A stretch of DNA of 32,000 nt. Source: Geopsychrobacter electrodiphilus DSM 16401 (lineage in GTDB: Bacteria; Desulfobacterota; Desulfuromonadia; Desulfuromonadales; Geopsychrobacteraceae). Position numbers and translations under genes: made by a program. Of this stretch, positions 25,389 through 32,000 are shown piece after piece. Below the pieces are notes generated by a model. The model saw only the letters and a program-made list of their open reading frames with translations. It ran no database searches and was not told the DNA's origin. Location: NCBI RefSeq assembly GCF_000384395.1, contig NZ_ARWE01000001.1:1668894-1700893 (forward strand), in the 5' to 3' direction. Every line of letters starts with the position of its first letter. Within the stretch, counting starts at the first letter, position 1.

Positions 25389-27107
25389 ATGAAATTCGAA
25401 CGAAAAAAAATTGGGCATATCCTGGTTGAGATGGGGACAATCACTTCAGCTGAAGTCGACATGCTGCTTGAGAAGCTTCCGATTACCGGGAAAAACTTTG
25501 GTGAAACCGGGCTCGTGGAAGGGTTTTTCACTGAAGACGAGCTTGCACAGGCGCTGGCCAAACAATTTGGTTTTGAATACATTAATCTCAAAGATATTAC
25601 CCTTAACCTGGACTTGATGGCGTCTCTTCCTGCCGGGTTGCCTTTGAAGAAGAAGCTGATTCCGCTTGAGCGCGTGGGCGACACATTGTCGATTGCCGTG
25701 TCAGATCCGACGGACGTTTTAATGCTTGACGCTCTGGAAATGCAGCTGGGTCTTACTCTTACGCTCAAGATTGCAGCACGCACCCAGATCGAAAAACTGC
25801 TCGAAAGGGGGGAGGGCTCTCAGAGGGTTCTGCGTGAGGCATCAGAAGACTTCAAGCTGCAGTTGATCAAGGAGACAGACAAGGGAGACGAAGTCCTTTC
25901 GATCGAAAAATTAACGGCCGATACCAGTCCAATTATTCGTCTGATTGATTCGACGCTCTACGATGCGTTGGTGAAACGTGCCAGCGATATTCATATTGAA
26001 TCAACTGGTGACGGTGTCGTTATTAAATATCGGGTTGACGGTGTTCTATATCAAGCAAACGAAACTATTGATGGTCGTTTCCAATCGCCGATAATCTCGC
26101 GGATCAAGGTCATGAGCGAACTGGATATATCAGAACGGCGAGTTCCGCAGGATGGTCGCTTTAAGGTTCGTCTGGGTGATAAATCGATCGATTTTCGGGT
26201 TTCAATCATGCCAACCATTTTTGGCGAAGATGCCGTAATCCGGATTCTCGATAAAGAATCCATTGCAGCTGACATGAAGGGTCTGACCCTGGAAGTTCTG
26301 GGCTTTGAGGAGCGTGAGCGGGTAAGAGTCAGAGCCAGAATCCGTGAGCCTTACGGTATGGTGCTGGTCACCGGGCCGACCGGTAGCGGCAAAACTACGA
26401 CCTTGTATGCCGCTCTTTCTGAAATTGACGCCAGCGAAGAGAAGGTTATAACGATTGAGGACCCGGTCGAATATCAAGTCAAAGGCGTTGTCCAGGTCCC
26501 GGTCAATGAGAAAAAAGGGCTGACATTTGCCAAAGGGCTGCGTTCAATTTTACGCCATGACCCTGACAAGATCATGGTCGGCGAGATTCGTGACCCAGAA
26601 ACCGCCCAGATTGCGGTACAGTCTGCGTTGACCGGACACTTGGTCTTCACCACGGTTCATGCCAACAACGTGTTCGATGTCCTTGGCCGTTTTATGCACA
26701 TGGGGATCGACCCCTATAGCTTTGTCTCATGTCTGAACTGTGTCATGGCTCAACGTTTGATCCGAAAGATATGTACGCATTGTCGTCATGAGGTCAGCTA
26801 TAGTGATGAGCAGTTACGTGAAGCCGGACTTAATCCTGCACGTTTCGTGGGGAAAAAGCTTTATGAAGGGGCAGGCTGCAAGGAATGTAATGGCCTCGGA
26901 TATCACGGCCGGAGCGCTATTGTTGAACTGCTTGAAATGAATGATATTCTGCGTGAAATGATTGTTAATAAACGTCCTGTTTCCGAGCTTAAGAAGAAAG
27001 CGTTGGAGAACGGCACGATCTTCCTTCGGCAGGCAGCAATCAACAAGCTACTTGCCGGCGAAACGACTGTTCGCGAGATTAATCGTGTGACCTTTGCGGA
27101 GGACTGA
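25389..27107 (+). CDS. Type II/IV secretion ATPase (GspE/PilB/MshE family) with T2SSE_N-type N-terminal domain
   Basis: Walker A GPTGSGKTTTLY, Asp box, Walker B IMVGEIRD, His box. Tetracysteine site CTHC...CKECNGLGYHGR. The N-terminal helical domain is KKIGHILVEMGTITSAEVDMLL...FGETGLVEGFFTEDELAQALAKQFG. Confidence 0.9.
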   Translation: MKFERKKIGHILVEMGTITSAEVDMLLEKLPITGKNFGETGLVEGFFTEDELAQALAKQFGFEYINLKDITLNLDLMASLPAGLPLKKKLIPLERVGDTLSIAVSDPTDVLMLDALEMQLGLTLTLKIAARTQIEKLLERGEGSQRVLREASEDFKLQLIKETDKGDEVLSIEKLTADTSPIIRLIDSTLYDALVKRASDIHIESTGDGVVIKYRVDGVLYQANETIDGRFQSPIISRIKVMSELDISERRVPQDGRFKVRLGDKSIDFRVSIMPTIFGEDAVIRILDKESIAADMKGLTLEVLGFEERERVRVRARIREPYGMVLVTGPTGSGKTTTLYAALSEIDASEEKVITIEDPVEYQVKGVVQVPVNEKKGLTFAKGLRSILRHDPDKIMVGEIRDPETAQIAVQSALTGHLVFTTVHANNVFDVLGRFMHMGIDPYSFVSCLNCVMAQRLIRKICTHCRHEVSYSDEQLREAGLNPARFVGKKLYEGAGCKECNGLGYHGRSAIVELLEMNDILREMIVNKRPVSELKKKALENGTIFLRQAAINKLLAGETTVREINRVTFAED

Positions 27108-28044
27108 AATTATCGTGTTCGGCAGAAATTTTATCGGGCTTGAGGTCCGCCGTCAGGGTTTACGATCAGTCTCCTTGAGGCGTAAGGGGAGACGACGTGT
27201 TCTTGTCGGAGGCCAGACGCTGCGCTTCAGTGAAGAGGTCATATCTCCGACGGCCCGCGAGCTTAATGTGCTCGTACCACAGGTTTTCATAGATGGGGTC
27301 AAGGAAGTCCTGCTCCCCCTTGCAGGGCGTGAAGAGCGAATAGCCCTCTGTTTACCTGATGCGACAGGGCATATTTTTTTGCTCGATGTTGAAACCCCGT
27401 TTAAAAATCGCCAACAAGGGATCGATATAGTACGCTGGCAACTTAAAGAAAAACTACCTGATAATTATCGGAACATTGAACTTGATTTCCAGATTATTGG
27501 CGAGCGTGAGCCTGGTAGCCGTCGGGTACTGGTCTCGGTGATTGATACGCAGATCCGTAATCAGTATGAAGAACTATTGGCAGCGGCCGGGTTTTCAGTT
27601 TCCTTAATTGATTTTCAATCCCTTCAAATATACAACTGCTACCGATCCAAGGTTGATCTTGGGGCCGATTTTATTTTCGTTGCGCTTCATCAGCAGCAAA
27701 TGAGCATCTTGACGGTTCAAAATGGGGTACTTGATTTTCATCGCGCCAAAGCTGGCATGACTGATGCCGAAACTGTTTTTAGAGAGATCAATCGTTCGCT
27801 GGTGACTTATCGTAGTGGACATATTGTTTTTTCTCGTTCGGTGCTTTATTTGCAATCGGATTGGGAAGATCAAAAATCTCTAAATGATGCAATCTCTTCG
27901 GCGTTTGATCGGCAGATTCAAAACTTACCCTCACCCCTTACCACTCTTTCAGGGCAGGAGAACTTGATTTTGTCCAGCGCTGAAGCTGCAGGGATGGCCG
28001 CTGCAATTGGTTCCGCCGAAAGCCTGATGTGGGATAAAGGATGA
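27094..28044 (+). CDS. pilM: PilM-like actin-fold pilus assembly protein
   Basis: The pattern FIGLEV....LR.V.L......V....TL.F.E.VI......LNV, then LCLPD....I.LLDVE.PF...Q....VRWQLKE.LP, then L.AAGF.V.LID.Q.L resembles PilM_2. The track start is a TTG overlapping the ATPase stop. An alternative GTG at 27115 lies 11 nt after GGAGGA. Confidence 0.6.
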   Translation: MRRTEIIVFGRNFIGLEVRRQGLRSVSLRRKGRRRVLVGGQTLRFSEEVISPTARELNVLVPQVFIDGVKEVLLPLAGREERIALCLPDATGHIFLLDVETPFKNRQQGIDIVRWQLKEKLPDNYRNIELDFQIIGEREPGSRRVLVSVIDTQIRNQYEELLAAAGFSVSLIDFQSLQIYNCYRSKVDLGADFIFVALHQQQMSILTVQNGVLDFHRAKAGMTDAETVFREINRSLVTYRSGHIVFSRSVLYLQSDWEDQKSLNDAISSAFDRQIQNLPSPLTTLSGQENLILSSAEAAGMAAAIGSAESLMWDKG

Positions 28045-28601
28045 AACTGACTCTAAATCTTGCAAGTCGGAGTTATCTCAATAGACGCGCTTTAAATAGT
28101 GGATTTATTGTTTTCCTGTGCATTCTTCTGCTTTCGGTTGGTTGGGCAGCAAATACCATGATAGAGAGCAACAAAATGTTGCACCTCATTCAGCAACAGG
28201 TTCAAGAGACTCAACAAGAGCTGCTGCGGTTACAAGGAGGCCCCAGGAAAACACTTACGAGCGCTGAACGGGGTTTTCTTGAAAAGGAACACGAAATCGT
28301 TGGAGAGCTTCTTGCGCAGGACGCTTTCCGTTGGACCGCGCTTTTGGATCGCATGGAGAAATTACTCCCGGAGGGTGTCAGTCTTACGGATTTTCAGCCC
28401 AATTATAAAAAGAAAAGCCTCAGTCTTCGTGGACAGGCAGTGGATCTTAAAGCGATGCGTCTTTTTCTTGATCGTTTACTAAAGAAAAGTGAGTTTGATC
28501 AGGTTTATCTTCAAAACCATAGCCGAATTAAAGTACGTGATTATGCAGACGTAGAACGTGAAGCGATCTCCTTTTCTCTTCAGATTGAGGGGGTCTTTTG
28601 A
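28041..28601 (+). CDS. PilN-like bitopic pilus assembly protein
   Basis: ATGA overlap with pilM. Short cytoplasmic N-terminus (MKLTLNLASRSYLNRR), one TM helix, a coiled coil, then a periplasmic alpha/beta domain. Position and topology fit PilN. Confidence 0.5.
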   Translation: MKLTLNLASRSYLNRRALNSGFIVFLCILLLSVGWAANTMIESNKMLHLIQQQVQETQQELLRLQGGPRKTLTSAERGFLEKEHEIVGELLAQDAFRWTALLDRMEKLLPEGVSLTDFQPNYKKKSLSLRGQAVDLKAMRLFLDRLLKKSEFDQVYLQNHSRIKVRDYADVEREAISFSLQIEGVF

Positions 28602-29164
28602 TGTTGCGTGAACAATTCATACGGGCTTTCTGGGAGGAGAATCGGCGTAAGATTTTTCTGCTTTCGGCCCTTATTTTACTGGTTTTTGCTTTTCATTTTA
28701 TTCAGATCTTCTGGTTTGATCAGAAAATTGTGGAGATAAATACTCAGCTCCAGACAAATCAGAGCGAATTACAAATTGCACAGCAGCGCCTGGAAGAAGG
28801 CGGTGGTGAAAAAATTACTGGAATTGCTGAAGACCTTGAACATTTTTACCAGATTATCCCTCAGCGAAGCGGGCTCGGTAATTTTATCGGGCGGATCTAC
28901 TCTTATGCTGGGGATGCCGGTATTGATATTGCTCAGATTTCATATGTGGCCAAACCGGTAGAGACAACAAAATTGCTGAGTTATACGCTTAATTTTGGGG
29001 TTAGTGGCAGCTATCCTCAATTGAAGAAATTTATATATCTGCTCGAAAATTCTCCATCAGTGCTGATACTCGATAAAATTTCCCTGAATAGCCACCATCA
29101 GGAAAAGAATGACGTTGTCGGTTTGCAAATAGAATTGAAGACGTTTTTTCAGGGAGGGGAATGA
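28601..29164 (+). CDS. PilO-like bitopic pilus assembly protein
   Basis: TGATG overlap. One TM helix (IFLLSALILLVFAFHFIQIFWF), a coiled coil (QTNQSELQIAQQRLEE), then a periplasmic domain. Assigned by position and topology only. Confidence 0.45.
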   Translation: MLREQFIRAFWEENRRKIFLLSALILLVFAFHFIQIFWFDQKIVEINTQLQTNQSELQIAQQRLEEGGGEKITGIAEDLEHFYQIIPQRSGLGNFIGRIYSYAGDAGIDIAQISYVAKPVETTKLLSYTLNFGVSGSYPQLKKFIYLLENSPSVLILDKISLNSHHQEKNDVVGLQIELKTFFQGGE

Positions 29165-29994
29165 TGAAAAATTCCCGAGCTCTTCTCGTCCTATTTATTC
29201 TGGGGGCTGGCTTCTCGCTGTATTACCTCTGGCAGAACATGCCGCATGAAGAACATGTCCATGCCCTGCTACAATCTGAGGCTAAAGCTGGGACAGGTAA
29301 TGGTCGAGACGCTAAGCAGCAGTTTGATTTTAGTGGTGGAAGCCATCTTAAGTTTAGTCAGCCAAAAATAAATTTATTTAGGCAGTTGTTTCCACCCCCT
29401 CCAGTAAAACAAACGCCAAAAATAATTGTGGCGCCAGTGGTGCCACCCGCGCCTGTTGTTATTGTTCAGGCACCACCTCCTCCCGTACCCGTACAAAATG
29501 TCAGCTCTCCTATGCCTGGTTTTCGAGTTCTTGGCTTTTTGCAAAAAGGGGGAGAGTTAACTGCCTTTGTTTCGCTGCAGGGGAAGATTTATCTACTAAA
29601 GAAAAACCAGCAATTTGCTGGTGAGTTTCGCGTCACTGAACTTGATAGTCAGCAGATTACCATTGGACGCTTAAATGGAGCAGGGGAGGTTAAAATCCCT
29701 CTGACGGAAGCCAAAGTTAGAAATGTTTTTTCCTCAGGAAGAAACTCTCGCACAGTGGGCAGGTCGACGATGAGGGTTGTACGCCCAGTACCGGTTGAAA
29801 CTTCACCATTCCTCTTGCCGACTACACCAGAGACCGAACCATCATCTTCCGGGGTTGAACCACCATCTTCCGGGGTTGAACCACCATCCCCCGGGGTTGA
29901 ACCACCATCCCCCGGGGTTGAACCACCATCCCCCGGGGTTGAACCACCATCCCCCGGGGTTGAACCACCATCCCCCGGGGTTGGTGCAAACTGA
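29161..29994 (+). CDS. PilP/GspC-HR-like protein with Pro-rich linker and C-terminal heptapeptide repeats
   Basis: ATGA overlap. N-terminal TM anchor. Pro-rich PPPPVKQTPKIIVAPVVPPAPVVIVQAPPPPVPV. Beta-sandwich-like block FRVLGFLQKGGELTAFVSLQGKIYLLKKNQQFAGEFRVTELDSQQITIG. Tail of seven EP(P/S)S(P/S)GV repeats. Confidence 0.5.
   Translation: MMKNSRALLVLFILGAGFSLYYLWQNMPHEEHVHALLQSEAKAGTGNGRDAKQQFDFSGGSHLKFSQPKINLFRQLFPPPPVKQTPKIIVAPVVPPAPVVIVQAPPPPVPVQNVSSPMPGFRVLGFLQKGGELTAFVSLQGKIYLLKKNQQFAGEFRVTELDSQQITIGRLNGAGEVKIPLTEAKVRNVFSSGRNSRTVGRSTMRVVRPVPVETSPFLLPTTPETEPSSSGVEPPSSGVEPPSPGVEPPSPGVEPPSPGVEPPSPGVEPPSPGVGAN
29836..29982 (+). repeat. Seven in-frame 21-bp tandem repeats (last five identical)
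   Basis: Units start at 29836, 29857, 29878, 29899, 29920, 29941 and 29962. The last five are all GAACCACCATCCCCCGGGGTT. The first two differ by 1-3 nt. They encode EPSSSGV, EPPSSGV and 5x EPPSPGV. Confidence 0.95.
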
Positions 29995-30041
29995 TATATG
30001 TGGGGTTGATAATGAACAATAGACAGCGAGGTTCAGAATTA

Positions 30042-32000
30042 ATGAAATTTTTTTCAATGGGACTTCTGTTCCTGATGCTGACTGGTTGTGCCGGCTCTGC
30101 CGCTTTCAGCCGAGCCCAAAAACTCTATGCTGTCGGTGATTATGATAATGCTGTGCTTGCTTATGCCGAAGCCGTCGATGATAGTCCTACAATTGCGGAA
30201 TATCGCATGCGCCTGCAACTTGCGCGTCAGAGTGCCTCTCTGGTTCACGAAAAAAAGGGTAGTGACCTGCTGGAGGCCAATGATTTTCAGGGCGCACTCC
30301 AGGAGTTCCAACTTTCAAAAGGTTTAGATGCCTCAAACGAAACGAGTCAGATCAAGGCGCATCAGGCTGAATTGCATATTGAAGCCGAAAAGATGGTTAC
30401 TGAAGCAAAAAAAATGATGAGGGATCGCCATTTCAAGCAGGCAAATCAGTTGGTGAAAGATGCATTGGGGATATTAACTGATTATCAACCTGCACTCGAT
30501 CTGCAAAAAGAACTTATGCGGCACTCTTCTACAATGATTGATGGGATTGAACTCGAAGTAACCTCGAGTGAGCCGATCACCTTAAATTTCAAAGCAGCCA
30601 ATTTACCAGATGTTTTTGACATCCTGACTCAGCTGTCGGGCATTCGTTTTATTCTTGATGACGATATACGGACTCAAACCACGACACTTTTCCTTGAAAA
30701 GGCCACTTTCGCTCAGGCTTTAGAGCTTTTGCTGCGCATGAACAATCTCGATAAAAAGATCTTGAATTCCAAGACGATTATCCTCTTCCCAAACTCTAAA
30801 GCTAAACAGAAACAGTTTGGAGACCAGGTCATTCAGACTTTTTATCTATCAAATATTGATGCCAAAAAAGCGGTTAATCTCTTGCGGACCATGCTGCAAG
30901 TTCGCAAGATTTATGTTCATGAGGAATTGAATGCCATAGTTCTGCGGGATACTCCTGAGGTTATACGTCTGGCTCAAAAAATTATTGAAGCCAATGATCG
31001 CCCAACCTCCGAGGTGGTTTTTGACCTTGAGCTGGTTGAGGTCAGCCATACAAAAAATCTTAAAATCGGGGCAACGCTCCCATCAACCATTTCGGCGGGA
31101 TTGAAAGTTCCCGGGGGCGCTGACGCAATTGGTTCTGTAATCACAAGCAGTTTCAATAATATGAAATTTTTATATCAGATTCCTTCGGCATCTTTCGATC
31201 TGAGCAAAAAAAATGGTGACGCTGAAATTCTGGCCAGTCCTAAAATCAGGGTTAAGAATAAGGGTAAGGCGAAAGTCCATATCGGTAGTCGTGAGCCCGT
31301 AGTCACAGTGACAACCAGCGGCACGAACGGTGATCAGCGCTCCGACAGTGTTCAGTATGTCGATGTCGGGGTCAAGCTTGACATCGAACCGACAATTCAA
31401 CTGGACGACACTATCGTGACCAAGATCGGATTGGAGGTCAGCAATGTTTCGAACCGCGACACCATCAACCAAGGGACAACCGTTCTGACCATCTCGACCA
31501 CGAATGCCAACACGGAACTGATCCTTAAGGATGGTGTGCAGACGATCATTGGCGGTTTGCTGCGTGATGACAATAGCAAGTCAAAAACAGGAATTCCGAT
31601 ACTCAGTGATATCCCCGTGTTGGGAGCTCTCTTTTCAAATTATGCCAAGGATAAAACTAAACGTGAAATTCTGCTGTCAATAACTCCGCACATCGTGCGT
31701 TCACTTAAATTACCCGAAGGTGAAACAGCTACTATCTGGTCTGGTGGCGAGGACGATCTTAGGGTTGGTCGTAATTTCGGCTCCTTCGCAGATGAGTATC
31801 TTGAGGGGCAGGGGAATACACCTATTAAAGTAGTGCCTTCACAAACCTCAACGGCTATTATTCCATTTCAACCTCAATTCTCAAGCAAGCCTGTATCTGT
31901 AAATTCAACTCCCGTATCTGGCGATAAACCGATGGACCAACCGCAGCAAATTCCAGCTCCTGTGGCGCCGGTGAAACCGATAACCAAGAGTGAACTAAAG
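30042..32000 (+). CDS. Secretin (PilQ/GspD family) lipoprotein with TPR-like N-terminal region; 3' end outside window
   Basis: Not in the supplied ORF track because it has no stop in the window. I translated it by hand and it is open for 653 codons. Lipobox LMLTGCAG. Three TPR-like units (LYAVGDYDNAVLAYAEAV.., LLEANDFQGALQEF.., MRDRHFKQANQLVKDAL..). N0/STN-like ITLNFKAANLPDVFDILTQLSGIRFILDDD. Secretin_N-like VIQTFYLSNIDAKKAVNLLRTML. Secretin core ...ILASPKIRVKNKGKAKVHIG...GIPILSDIPVLGALFS......REILLSITPHIV. Confidence 0.85.
   Translation, partial: MKFFSMGLLFLMLTGCAGSAAFSRAQKLYAVGDYDNAVLAYAEAVDDSPTIAEYRMRLQLARQSASLVHEKKGSDLLEANDFQGALQEFQLSKGLDASNETSQIKAHQAELHIEAEKMVTEAKKMMRDRHFKQANQLVKDALGILTDYQPALDLQKELMRHSSTMIDGIELEVTSSEPITLNFKAANLPDVFDILTQLSGIRFILDDDIRTQTTTLFLEKATFAQALELLLRMNNLDKKILNSKTIILFPNSKAKQKQFGDQVIQTFYLSNIDAKKAVNLLRTMLQVRKIYVHEELNAIVLRDTPEVIRLAQKIIEANDRPTSEVVFDLELVEVSHTKNLKIGATLPSTISAGLKVPGGADAIGSVITSSFNNMKFLYQIPSASFDLSKKNGDAEILASPKIRVKNKGKAKVHIGSREPVVTVTTSGTNGDQRSDSVQYVDVGVKLDIEPTIQLDDTIVTKIGLEVSNVSNRDTINQGTTVLTISTTNANTELILKDGVQTIIGGLLRDDNSKSKTGIPILSDIPVLGALFSNYAKDKTKREILLSITPHIVRSLKLPEGETATIWSGGEDDLRVGRNFGSFADEYLEGQGNTPIKVVPSQTSTAIIPFQPQFSSKPVSVNSTPVSGDKPMDQPQQIPAPVAPVKPITKSELK

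Noticed and set aside
29836-29982. Tandem repeat considered as a CRISPR-like array
   Set aside because: The units are contiguous with no spacers, are only 21 bp long, are in frame within a CDS, and no cas genes are nearby.
29777-30057. Three ORFs (29777-30022 +, 29822-30019 -, 29842-30057 -) encoding PGLNHH, PRGMVVQ and NPGGWWF repeats
   Set aside because: They are alternative-frame or antisense readings of the 21-bp tandem repeat inside the PilP-like gene. None has an RBS or any context, so they are repeat artefacts.
30054-31579. Track ORFs inside the secretin region (e.g. 30054-30311 -, 30088-30327 +, 30849-31049 -, 31170-31472 -)
   Set aside because: All are contained within a 653-codon open frame that has unmistakable secretin motifs. 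They are shadow ORFs.
1-32000. Scan for tRNA, rRNA, IS elements, integrases, toxin-antitoxin or defence genes
   Set aside because: No T-loop or acceptor-like tRNA signatures, transposase or integrase motifs, terminal inverted repeats or defence-system domains were recognised. The window looks like core or accessory chromosomal DNA rather than a mobile island.

Overview
The window reads as a chromosomal segment from an anaerobic, Desulfuromonadales-like deltaproteobacterium. That assignment is an inference from gene content only and is low confidence. I recognised no rRNA, tRNA, CRISPR array, IS element or prophage.

Layout:
1. 2-10770 (+): an 11-gene, translationally coupled operon. It begins with the C-terminal part of a fused MFS/spermidine-synthase-like membrane protein. 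Next comes an alternating array of two secreted-protein families: three paralogs built from triple CarboxypepD_reg-like modules (A1-A3) and three parallel beta-helix paralogs sharing a C-terminal NWWG module (B1-B3). A signal-less DUF3467 gene sits inside the array. The operon ends with a minimal orphan OpuAC-type lipoprotein, a Tat-signal DUF362 protein, and a NapH-like/NapG-like fused polyferredoxin carrying an internal twin-arginine segment. I consider this the best candidate for an undescribed system.
2. 10984-14563 (-): DAHP synthase, then hgcA and hgcB (the mercury-methylation pair, with the diagnostic NVWCAAGK cap-helix motif), then a receiver-GGDEF regulator.
3. 14800-16246 (+): yggT, divIVA, yggU and an FmdB-type zinc ribbon, followed by a strong terminator.
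4. 16443-21796 (+): folD, gcvT and gcvH, then a terminator, then gcvPA and gcvPB.
5. An orphan TonB-like gene (-) and pta (+).
6. 24165-32000 (+): a type IV pilus / T2SS-like assembly cluster in the order platform protein (F), ATPase (E), PilM, PilN, PilO, PilP-like and secretin. No pilin gene lies in the window. The PilP-like gene ends in seven 21-bp tandem repeats. The secretin is not in the supplied ORF track because it runs off the window end.

All functional calls rest on motifs I could read in the translations. No database search was run.
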